20,000 nt of DNA, taken from positions 918,893 through 938,892 of the forward strand of contig JAJCTO010000011.1 in the NCBI GenBank assembly GCA_046563655.1, read 5' to 3'. This DNA is from Yuukianura sp. NJ FZ-2021. Taxonomy: Eukaryota. Below the pieces are notes generated by a model. The model had not been told where the DNA came from. It did no database searches and saw nothing but the letters and a program-made list of their open reading frames with translations. Below are positions 12,001 through 19,999 of the stretch, in pieces. Position numbers and translations under genes: made by a program. Position 1 is the first letter of the stretch. Every line of letters begins with the position of its first letter.

Positions 12001-14312
12001 TGTTGTTGAAAATATTTTTCAACTAAGGTCTGATTGAATCCTGAGGAACGGAATTGTGCCAAGATAGCAATTTTAATTTGACGCTATGGATACAGACTAC
12101 AAAAATAGGGACATTTGTCTAGTATGAAGATCTTCAAGTGGTTTTTTGAAACCAGTGTTGTTGAAAATATTTTTCAACTAAGGTCTGAAATTCAATCCTG
12201 AGGAACGGAATTGTGCCAAGATAGCAATTTTAATTTGACGCTATGGAGACAGACTACAAAAATAGGGACATTTCTCTAGTTTGAGGATCTTCAAGTGGTT
12301 TTTTGAAACCAGTGTTGTTGAAAATATTTTTCAACTAAGGTCTGATTGAATCCTGAGGAACGTAATTGTGCCAAGATAGCAATTCTAATTTGACGCTATG
12401 GAGACAGACTACAAAAATAGGGACATTTGTCTAGTTTGAGGATCTTCAAGTGGTTTTTTGAAACCAGTGTTGTTGAAAATATTTTTCAACTAAGGTCTGA
12501 AATTCAATCCTGAGGAACGGAATTGTGCCAAGATAGCAATTTTAATTTGACACTATGGAGACAGACTACAAAAATAGGGACATTTGTCTAGTTTGAGGAT
12601 CTTCAAGTGGTTTTTTGAAACCAGTGTTGTTGAAAATATTTTTCAACTAAGGTCTGATTGAATCCTGAGGAACGGAATTGTGCCAAGATAGCAATTTTAA
12701 TTTGACGGTATGGAGACAGACTACAAAAATAGGGACATTTGTCTAGTTTGAGGATCTTCAAGTGGTTTTTTGAAATCAGTGTTGTTGAAAATATTTTCAA
12801 CTAGGGTATGATTGAATCCTGAGGAACGGAATTGTGCCAAGATAGCAATTTTAATTTGACGCTATGGATACAGACTACCAAAATAGGGACATTTGTCTTG
12901 TTTGAGGATCTTCAAGTGGTTTTTTGAAACCAGTGTTGTTGAAAATATTTTTCAACTAAGGTCTGATTGAATCCTGAGGAACGGAATTGTGCCAAGATAG
13001 CAATTTTAATTTGACGCTATGGATACAGACTACAAAAATAGGGACATTTGTCTAGTATGAAGATCTTCAAGTGGTTTTTGAAACCAGTGTTGTTGAAAAT
13101 ATTTTTCAACTAAGGTCTGAAATTCAATCCTGAGGAACGGAATTGTGCCAAGATAGCAATTTTAATTTGACGCTATGGAGACAGACTACAAAAATAGGGA
13201 CATTTGTCTAGTTTGAGGATCTTCAAGTGGTTTTTTGAAACCAGTGTTGTTGAAAATATTTTTCAACTAACGTCTGAAATTCAATCCTGAGGAACGGAAT
13301 TGTACCAAGATAGCAATTTTAATTTGACGCTATGGAGACAGACTACAAAAATAGGGACATTTGTCTAGTTTGAGGATCTTCAAGTGGTTTTTGAAACCAG
13401 TGTTGTTGAAAATATTTTTCAACTAAGGTCTGAAATTCAATCCTGAGGAACGGAATTGTACCATGATAGCAATTTTAATTTGACGCTATGGAGACAGAAT
13501 ACAAAAATAGGGACGTTTGTCTAGTTTGAGGATCTTCAAGTGGTTTTTTGAAACCAGTGTTGTTGAAAATATTTTTCAACTAAGGTCTGATTGAATCCTG
13601 AGGAACGGAATTGTGCCAAGATAGCAATTTTAATTTGACGCTATGGAGACAGACTACAAAAATAGGGACTTTTGCCTAGTTTGAGGATCTTCAAGTGGTT
13701 TTTCGAAACCAGTGTTGTTGAAAATATTTTTCAACTAAGGTCTGATTGAATCCTGAATAACGGAATTGTACCAAGATAGCAATTTTAATTTGACGGTATG
13801 GAGACAGACTACAAAAATAGGGACATTTGTCTAGTTTGAGGATCTTCAAGTGGTTTTTTGAAATCAGTGTTGTTGAAAATATTTTCAACTAGGGTATGAT
13901 TGAATCCTGAGGAACGGAATTGTGCCAAGATAGCAATTTTAATTTGACGCTATGGATACAGACTACCAAAATAGTGACATTTGTCTTGTTTGAGGATCTT
14001 CAAGTGGTTTTTTGAAACCAGTGTTGTTGAAAATATTTTTCAACTAAGGTCTGATTGAATCCTGAGGAACGGAATTGTGCCAAGATAGCAATTTTAATTT
14101 GACGCTATGGATACAGACTACAAAAATAGGGACATTTGTCTAGTATGAAGATCTTCAAGTGGTTTTTTGAAACCAGTGTTGTTGAAAATATTTTTCAACT
14201 AAGGTCTGAAATTCAATCCTGAGGAACGGAATTGTACCATGATAGCAATTTTAATTTGACGCTATGGAGACAGAATACAAAAATAGGGACGTTTGTCTAG
14301 TTTGAGGATCTT
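1..14312. repeat. Tandem satellite DNA array, ~155-157 bp monomer, ~92 copies, truncated at the left window edge and interrupted mid-monomer by an LTR retrotransposon
   Basis: Monomer GTGTTGTTGAAAATATTTTTCAACTAAGGTCTGATTGAATCCTGAGGAACGGAATTGTGCCAAGATAGCAATTTTAATTTGACGCTATGGAGACAGACTACAAAAATAGGGACATTTGTCTAGTTTGAGGATCTTCAAGTGGTTTTTTGAAACCA repeats head-to-tail with no spacers (e.g. starts at 1, 155, 1091, 1246). There are two main variants: A (TCTGATTGAATCC, 155 bp) and B (TCTGAAATTCAATCC, 157 bp). The last copy stops at ...GAGGATCTT (14312). Copy number is estimated from array length divided by period. Confidence 0.99.
14308..14312 (+). other. Predicted left copy of the target-site duplication (ATCTT)
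   Basis: Five satellite bases immediately before the LTR's TG. BEL/Pao elements typically make ~5-bp TSDs. The right copy cannot be seen. Confidence 0.5.
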
Positions 14313-14633
14313 TGTTGAAATTGGGTTTAAGTTATTTTTTGGATATTTTTATATTTTTTGGACTTGTTTCAAAAGGCTAAATTTTGTCAATAATTTTTCT
14401 ATATAGTAGGGACTAAGTATAAGCATTTTTGAAAATATGAGGAAAATTCTTCGTAGCGTTTGCCTGGGGAAACTCTTCAAAGTTTGACTTTCTGAGATAG
14501 GTATATAATTTGGTGTTATTATGTTATGCTTAGCTTGTGGGAGGATAGGGAGTGACAATAGCGTCTGGCCTTGGGCTGAGTTGGCTCTTCTGTTTTTTGT
14601 TCCCTCTTTTTTCCTCTCTCATATACAGTACAG

Positions 14634-14640
14634 TATAAGA
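14634..14640 (+). promoter_or_regulatory. Candidate LTR TATA box (TATAAGA)
   Basis: TATA-like motif ~90 nt upstream of AATAAA, the usual U3-R arrangement. Other TATA-like motifs occur near 14418 and 14503, so the assignment is uncertain. Confidence 0.35.
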
Positions 14641-14725
14641 ATTGAGACAAGACACACTTCATGTGCAATAACTTTTAAGTTTCTTTTTGAATTACTTGTA
14701 AGATTTTCATTGATCGCAAAGTGCG

Positions 14726-14731
14726 AATAAA
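14726..14731 (+). terminator. Candidate polyadenylation signal AATAAA in the LTR
   Basis: Canonical hexamer in the 3' part of the LTR (GTGCGAATAAATAA). Confidence 0.5.
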
Positions 14732-14871
14732 TAATTCGATTTCATTAATAATCCCCCGAGTCAGAAAGTCGAGTATTTTTTCATAAAGTTATCCAGAGTC
14801 TTATTAGAAGGAATATCTACCCGGCGGGTGATATTTCCTATTTGAGTGCTTGGATTCAGATTCAACATTTA

Positions 14872-14886
14872 TGGCGACCACTGGCT
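14872..14886 (+). promoter_or_regulatory. Primer-binding site TGGCGACCACTGGCT, probably for a tRNA-Arg
   Basis: TGG (complement of tRNA CCA) lies 4 nt after the LTR's CA. TGGCGACC is complementary to the ...GGUCG-CCA 3' end typical of metazoan tRNA-Arg(UCG). tRNA identity and PBS length are recalled/inferred, not searched. Confidence 0.75.
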
Positions 14887-14980
14887 AAATTGGAAACTGA
14901 AAGACGTCTGGACTAACTGGAGGAACTTTTCTGACGACGGGAGGAGACAATTGGACACGGATTGGCACCTGGAGAATCTT

Positions 14981-15248
14981 AAAACTGCTTTAGCGTCGTG
15001 GTATGTCCTGAACCGGATCAGGACTAAACAAGGTGACCAATTTCCAATTGATTTTACCAGTATTTGACAAGTACCTAATTGGTGGATCGTTTGATGACTT
15101 TTTTGGATCCTACTGGGAACGACAAACGACTTCACGGAGACTTGGAATTCGAGATTCGAGAACTACGATAAAACCAACCGTTTACGTAGAGGTTTGTCCT
15201 CACCGGACGAGGACTGAGCAAGGTGAGAGTCGCTCCAATTGTTAATTT
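14981..15248 (+). repeat. Imperfect ~75-nt direct repeat pair in the retrotransposon leader (about 14981-15056 and 15170-15248), each containing a hairpin
   Basis: GGTATGTCCTGAACCGGATCAGGACTAAACAAGGTGA...TCCAATTG versus GGTTTGTCCTCACCGGACGAGGACTGAGCAAGGTGA...TCCAATTG, ~190 nt apart. Confidence 0.8.
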
Positions 15249-15322
15249 GAAAGATTGAGGCTAATCGTAGCTCTTTCTTTACGGTTTCGTGACGGAACTT
15301 GGACATTGGAACGATTTCGAAC

Positions 15323-18300
15323 ATGGATCGACTGAAGAAGGAACGACGGCTGATACGGACTGCGGTTACCAAACTGATCACTGCATTGGAAGTGGAGCTG
15401 CAGAAGGAGGAGGTCAGTAGACTTCAAGTGGAAGCATCGTTGCCTGTTCTGGAAAATCACTACAAGAAATTGCTTGAAGTTGATGACGTCATCAAGACTG
15501 CACTGCTTGACGACGACAAAGTTACAGACGAAGCGTTGGATGCGGAGTCAGATGCTGCACAAGTCTACATTATGAATGTCAGCCAGATGAAGGTGCGGAT
15601 GAATTCGTTCTTGTACCCGACTACTCCAAACCAACTTCCAGGAAGCCCGCACACCATTCACAGTGGGAGGAGCTCATCCTCATATCATCAGAAGACCCTC
15701 AAGTATCCGAAAATCGACTTAATCAAGTTTGGCGGAGACTTGAAGGAGTGGCTGGGATGGTGGGCTCAATTTCAGAAAATCGACTCAGATGAAGGACTAG
15801 ACGACAGTGACAAGTTTACATACTTAATTCAAAGTATGGAGAAGGGCTCAAGAGCAGAAGAACTTGTCAAGGGCTACCCACAATCTCGCTCTAATTACAA
15901 GAAAGCAGTAGAAGCTTTGAAGAACAGATTTGGGAAGCCGAAACTACTTAAGCAAGTCTACGTCCGCGAGTTGATCTCCATGATCATGAGCAAGACTCAC
16001 GACAAGAAAATGGCGCTGTCGTCACTGGTGGATCGTTTGGTCTCACATCTTCGATCTTTGGAATCATTGGGAGTGACGGTGGAGCAGATGGGGGTCTTCT
16101 TGTTTCCCATGGTGGAGTCTTGCCTGCCAGAGGAAATTCTTTTGGCATGGCAGAGAAGCAACTTTTTTGGCATCGACGGCTCCAAACAAAACCCACCGAA
16201 AGGCGAGTTGGACTTCTTGATGGATTTCCTCAGACAAGAAGTAGATAACGAAGAACAAAGGAAGCTGGCCAGGAGCGGATTTGAATCGGTTGAAAAAAGA
16301 AGTAACCCAAGAAAAAGGAGATCAACTGATGACTCATCGGACGTTCCTACCGCAGCCGGCTTATTCAGTGGCTCTTCTGCAAAGCTCATTTGCATGTTCT
16401 GTGACAAATCTCATTTGAGTAAGGACTGCTTTGCTGCACAGAAGATGACCAAAGAAGAACGAAACGACAAATTGAAAAAGAAGGGTGCTTGCTTCGTCTG
16501 CCTCAAAAGTGGTCATGTAGCCAACAAATGCAAAGCCAATGTGAAATGCCCATTGTGCTCAAAACGACATGAGTTGCTGTTTTGCCATTTGAACCCGAAG
16601 AACAATCCAAAGAGCGACCAGAAGAAGAAGGAGGAAGTCCCAACGACTCAAACCAACCTCAATTGTACAAACGAAGTTGTACTCAGAACCATGATGGTAA
16701 AGTTGGAGAATCCTTCTACTCGAAAACTGAAGACGGTTCGTGTTCTTTTGGATTGCGGTTCACAGAGGAGCTACTTGCTCAAGAAAACAGCTCAGGAGTT
16801 GGGACTTGTTCCAGTGCAGACGGTCTCAATTCACCACCAACTTTTTGGAGGGTCAGAGGTCAAGAACACACCGCATTACGTCTACAATTTGAAGATTGGG
16901 AGTGTCAAGGACTCATTTGCGATGGCTGTTGAGGTGATGGACCAAGAGAAAATCTGTGGAGACTTGCCTCGTGTTTCAAGGGGACCCTGGATGTCGGAGC
17001 TCAAGGAACTGGGGATTTTCGTGAATGATCTGGACGACACGAGATCCAAGGAAATAGAGTTTCTTGTTGGAGCTGATATTCTGGGGAATTTGCTGACAGG
17101 GAACATGAAGACGCTGAAGAATGGTCTCACACTGACAGAAACAAAATTCGGATGGACAGTCATGGGGGTTACGAAGGAACCGGCAGAATCTAGCCTGGCC
17201 ATGACAGTCATCTCCCTCAGCGTCACCAGTGCTACTGTTCAAGACTTGTGGTCATTGGATGTTCTCGGAATCAAGGATCCTGTTGAAGTTACGTCGCAGG
17301 AAGAACGAGACAACCTGGCTCTCAAGAATTTTATTCAGACCGTGAAACAGAATGAAGAAGGGCGGTACTCAGTCTCTTTACCTTGGATTCCAGGAGGGGT
17401 ACCTATTCCTCAGAATCGGCAAGTCGCAATGCAGAGACTGGAATCGACGACAAGGAAATTGATTTCACTTGGAAAATTGGAGGAGTATGGTCGTGTCTTT
17501 AAAGCGTGGGAAGAAGAAGGTATTATCTCCAAAGTTACAACAGAAGATGGAGACGGACTGAGATGTCACTATCTGCCCCACCGAGCCGTAATCAAACCGG
17601 AAAGCAAGACCACTCCAATCAGACCAGTCTTTGATGCGTCTTGCAAGATAGGACGATCACCGTCGCTCAATGGATGTCTCGAGAAAGGTCCAAACCTTAT
17701 TGAACTAATTCCATCCATTTTGCTGCGTTTCAGGTTTGGAAAATATGGAGTGACCTCGGACATCCGAAAGGCGTTTCAAATGATCGAGGTACACGAAGAA
17801 GACAGGGACTCCTTAAGATTTTTGTGGTGGGAAGACCCTGAGATGAAGACGATGACTATTTTCAGACATAACAGAGTCGTCTTCGGAATGAATTGTAGTC
17901 CATTCCTCCTTGGTGCAGTGCTACATTTTCATTTGGACAAGGTGGAGCAACAATTTCCAGAAACATCAGCCCAGTTGAAGAATTCAATCTACGTAGACAA
18001 CTGTGTGCATGCTGTGGACACCTTGGAGCAGTACGAACATTTCAAAACAGAAGCCACTGCAATTTTGAAGACGGCGGGAATGGACTTGAGACAGTGGGAG
18101 AGGAGCGGTGACATAATTGAAGAAGTGACTTGCGTACTGGGTATGAAATGGAATAAGGTGGAGGATGTGATGTTTGTTGATTCCATTTCAGACCAGTTTC
18201 CAGAGAAGATCACTAAGAGACTCATGTTATCCTATGTCCACCAAATTTTTGATCCTCTAGGACTTCTCTCTCCAGTGGTGTTAGTGCCAAAAATGCTTGT

Positions 18301-19999
18301 GCAAAAAGCATGGACTGAAAACAGGAAGTGGGATGATCCAGTGTCAGAAGAAGTTGGAAAGGAATTCAGTAATTGGTTAAACGAGCTGATTCCTATTTTT
18401 GATCATTTCAGAATTCCAAGGAGATGCACAAGCGCGAAGAAAGAAGACTGTCAAAAGTTTCAATTTCACGTCTTCTCAGATGCCAGCAAAAATGCGTATG
18501 CAGCGGCAGTCTTCCTACGTACAGAAATTGATGGGATCGTGGAGCTACAATTACTTCAAGCCAAATCCAGAGTGGCTCCCGTTACCAAAGTGACCATTCC
18601 GCGTCTAGAGCTACTGGGATGCGCCATAGCAGCAAGACTGACTATGTCAGTGAAGAAGGCGTTAGGAATGGAAGACGTTCCGACTTGGTTTTGGACAGAC
18701 TCTTCAACTGCCCTGTCTTGGATCACGAACAGTGACGACTGGGGAACCTTTGTCGGGAATCGGGTCCGGGAGATCTTGTCCTTGACCAAAATTGAAAATT
18801 GGAATTTTGTGCCTGGTCATCTGAACCCTGCAGATTTACCTTCTCGCGGAATCTCACCTAAAAAGTTTCTACAATTGAAGTGGTGGGAGGGGCCTGATTG
18901 GCTGAAATCGGAGAAGAAGAATTGGCCTTCACAGACATTCTCAATGGATCCTGAACTGGTAAACAGTGAAAGGAAGAAAGGACTAACGCATTCTCTTATT
19001 TCTTTGACAGAGAGACCATGTTATCTACCGAAGAACTCTCATCACTCAAATGTCCGCATCATGGCCTACGTTTTTCGATTTGTGGACAAACTGATGAAGA
19101 GGGAACGGGAATGGAGTGCGTTGAGTCGCAAAGAAATCGATGAAGCGGAACTGAGACTCTTCAAAATCGTTCAAACTGAAGTATTCTCACCTCAGGATAC
19201 GGTGATCTGCGGGTTGAGGACCATCAGAGATGAAGAGAACATCATCCGTGTGAAGACGAAGTTGACTAATCGCCAGGATTCGCCTGGATTCAAGTCACCC
19301 GTCTTACTACCTCAGACACATCCACTAGTTGACGTTCTGATTCACGAAGAACATGTTTTGAATTGCCATGGCGGAGCTCAATTCCTCATGGGGCGACTTC
19401 GAGAGAAGGTTTGGATTGTGAAGGGAAGACTGGCTGTCAAGAAAGTACTCCGCGCCTGCGTGACATGCCAGCGATTTACTTCTAAGAAGACTGAAGTGTC
19501 AACTCCTGCACTACCAGAAGCTAGAGTCAAGGACGTGGGAGCTTTCGACACTACAGGGATTGACCTAGCTGGACCGTTGGTGTTGAAGGACAAGAGCAAA
19601 GTTTGGATTGTCATCTTTACTTGTGCTATCTACAGATGCGTTCACATCGAGTTGGTGACGGCCATTTCTACAGAAGAATTTCTCCTAGCGTTTACCAGAT
19701 TCTGTATGAGGAAGAGACGGCCGGCAACAGTGTACACCGACAACGGAACCAACTTTGTTGGAACAGAAAATTTGTTCAAGACCATCAATTGGAAAGAAGT
19801 GGAGCGCAAGACCAAACATCACCGAATCCAGTGGAGGTTCAACCCTCCAGCAGCGCCGTGGTGGGGTGGCTGGTGGGAGCGACTGATCAGAAGCCTCAAG
19901 GACTTGCTGAAGCGGATGTTGGGATTTGCAAAGCTCAACTATCAAGACCTGGAGACATGCGTGTGTGAAGCAGAATGGGTCATGAATCATCGTCCTCTT
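15323..19999 (+). CDS. gag-pol: Gag-Pol polyprotein of BEL/Pao retrotransposon (at least 1559 codons, 3'-partial)
   Basis: Starts ATG GAT CGA CTG AAG (MDRLKKERRLIRTAVTKLI...) and is in the same frame at the window end (...EAEWVMNHRPL). All domain motifs checked fall in that frame. The ORF track lists no stop-terminated long ORF in this frame, consistent with no internal stop. Confidence 0.95.
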   Translation, partial: MDRLKKERRLIRTAVTKLITALEVELQKEEVSRLQVEASLPVLENHYKKLLEVDDVIKTALLDDDKVTDEALDAESDAAQVYIMNVSQMKVRMNSFLYPTTPNQLPGSPHTIHSGRSSSSYHQKTLKYPKIDLIKFGGDLKEWLGWWAQFQKIDSDEGLDDSDKFTYLIQSMEKGSRAEELVKGYPQSRSNYKKAVEALKNRFGKPKLLKQVYVRELISMIMSKTHDKKMALSSLVDRLVSHLRSLESLGVTVEQMGVFLFPMVESCLPEEILLAWQRSNFFGIDGSKQNPPKGELDFLMDFLRQEVDNEEQRKLARSGFESVEKRSNPRKRRSTDDSSDVPTAAGLFSGSSAKLICMFCDKSHLSKDCFAAQKMTKEERNDKLKKKGACFVCLKSGHVANKCKANVKCPLCSKRHELLFCHLNPKNNPKSDQKKKEEVPTTQTNLNCTNEVVLRTMMVKLENPSTRKLKTVRVLLDCGSQRSYLLKKTAQELGLVPVQTVSIHHQLFGGSEVKNTPHYVYNLKIGSVKDSFAMAVEVMDQEKICGDLPRVSRGPWMSELKELGIFVNDLDDTRSKEIEFLVGADILGNLLTGNMKTLKNGLTLTETKFGWTVMGVTKEPAESSLAMTVISLSVTSATVQDLWSLDVLGIKDPVEVTSQEERDNLALKNFIQTVKQNEEGRYSVSLPWIPGGVPIPQNRQVAMQRLESTTRKLISLGKLEEYGRVFKAWEEEGIISKVTTEDGDGLRCHYLPHRAVIKPESKTTPIRPVFDASCKIGRSPSLNGCLEKGPNLIELIPSILLRFRFGKYGVTSDIRKAFQMIEVHEEDRDSLRFLWWEDPEMKTMTIFRHNRVVFGMNCSPFLLGAVLHFHLDKVEQQFPETSAQLKNSIYVDNCVHAVDTLEQYEHFKTEATAILKTAGMDLRQWERSGDIIEEVTCVLGMKWNKVEDVMFVDSISDQFPEKITKRLMLSYVHQIFDPLGLLSPVVLVPKMLVQKAWTENRKWDDPVSEEVGKEFSNWLNELIPIFDHFRIPRRCTSAKKEDCQKFQFHVFSDASKNAYAAAVFLRTEIDGIVELQLLQAKSRVAPVTKVTIPRLELLGCAIAARLTMSVKKALGMEDVPTWFWTDSSTALSWITNSDDWGTFVGNRVREILSLTKIENWNFVPGHLNPADLPSRGISPKKFLQLKWWEGPDWLKSEKKNWPSQTFSMDPELVNSERKKGLTHSLISLTERPCYLPKNSHHSNVRIMAYVFRFVDKLMKREREWSALSRKEIDEAELRLFKIVQTEVFSPQDTVICGLRTIRDEENIIRVKTKLTNRQDSPGFKSPVLLPQTHPLVDVLIHEEHVLNCHGGAQFLMGRLREKVWIVKGRLAVKKVLRACVTCQRFTSKKTEVSTPALPEARVKDVGAFDTTGIDLAGPLVLKDKSKVWIVIFTCAIYRCVHIELVTAISTEEFLLAFTRFCMRKRRPATVYTDNGTNFVGTENLFKTINWKEVERKTKHHRIQWRFNPPAAPWWGGWWERLIRSLKDLLKRMLGFAKLNYQDLETCVCEAEWVMNHRPL
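15701..16160 (+). other. Gag capsid-like core (DUF1759-type region); boundaries approximate
   Basis: KYPKIDLIKFGGDLKEWLGWWAQF...DKFTYLIQSM...NYKKAVEALKNRFG...LRSLESLGV is the typical BEL/Pao Gag pattern. Confidence 0.8.
16391..16585 (+). other. Three nucleocapsid zinc knuckles
   Basis: CMFCDKSHLSKDC (CX2CX3HX4C, 16391), CFVCLKSGHVANKC (CX2CX4HX4C, 16490) and CPLCSKRHELLFC (CX2CX3HX4C, 16547). Confidence 0.92.
16676..17170 (+). other. Aspartic protease domain (DUF1758-type); boundaries approximate
   Basis: VRVLLDCGSQRSY with the catalytic Asp codon at 16751, followed by FLVGADILG...ETKFGWTVMG. Confidence 0.85.
17560..18160 (+). other. Reverse transcriptase domain; boundaries approximate
   Basis: HYLPHRAVIKPESKTTPIRPVFDAS, SLNGCLEKGPNL, SDIRKAFQMI (Asp at 17759), LRFLWW, RVVFGMNCSPFLL, YVDN (17990-18001), VLGMKW. 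Confidence 0.93.
18205..18905 (+). other. Connection and RNase H domain (Pao-type, Pfam 'Peptidase_A17' region); boundaries approximate
   Basis: ITKRLMLS..IFDPLGLLSP, FHVFSDASKNAYAAAVFLR (Asp at 18479), KSRVAP, TIPRLELLG, FWTDSSTALSWI, FVGNRVREI, NPADLPSRG, WWEGPDWL. Confidence 0.9.
19340..19999 (+). other. Integrase: HHCC zinc-binding domain and DDE core, C-terminus beyond the window
   Basis: His codons at 19352 and 19367, CVTC at 19457-19468. GIDLAGP (D at 19562), YTDNGTNF (D at 19739), WWGGWWERL (E at 19877; D-x45-E), MNHRPL. Confidence 0.93.

Larger units (their letters stand above)
14313..14867 (+). repeat. 5' long terminal repeat (555 bp) with 7-bp terminal inverted repeats TGTTGAA/TTCAACA
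   Basis: Begins with TGTTGAA exactly where satellite similarity stops and ends with TTCAACA (14861-14867) 4 nt before a TGG-initiated PBS. AT-rich, with TATA-like and AATAAA motifs. The second LTR is not in the window, so boundaries rest on the TIR and PBS. Confidence 0.88.

Noticed and set aside
7928..13888. Three 65-66 aa minus-strand ORFs in the satellite (7928-8128, 12603-12800, 13691-13888)
   Set aside because: They arise only where a variant or indel removes a stop in the repeat, start at non-ATG codons and resemble no protein family I recognise.
1..14312. CRISPR array (palindromic GTTGAAAA...TTTTCAAC resembles a direct repeat)
   Set aside because: The sequence between palindromes is near-identical in every unit, so there are no unique spacers. 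The period is ~155 bp, no cas genes are present, and the context is eukaryotic.
14301..14322. Junction formed by homologous recombination at the shared TTGTTGAAA
   Set aside because: The bases left of the LTR are GAGGATCTT, not the ACCAGTGT that precedes this motif in the monomer, so the breakpoint is 24 nt away from the homology and fits ordinary integration.
15185..15225. Minus-strand resemblance of the leader hairpin to hammerhead stem II (GTCC...GGAC-AAAC)
   Set aside because: Lacks CUGANGA and the G of GAAA, and the other copy reads GGAC-ATAC.
15422..15431. CTTCAAGTGG in gag matches the satellite sequence at the insertion point
   Set aside because: A 10-bp match between a 155-bp monomer and 5.7 kb of sequence is expected by chance, and it lies in coding sequence (LQV).
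14349..15460. Short ORFs in the LTR and leader on both strands
   Set aside because: Short, mutually overlapping, without recognisable motifs, and they overlap non-coding cis elements.
15984..19990. Antisense and alternate-frame ORFs of 64-136 aa inside gag-pol
   Set aside because: Expected shadows of a long coding frame; no independent motifs.
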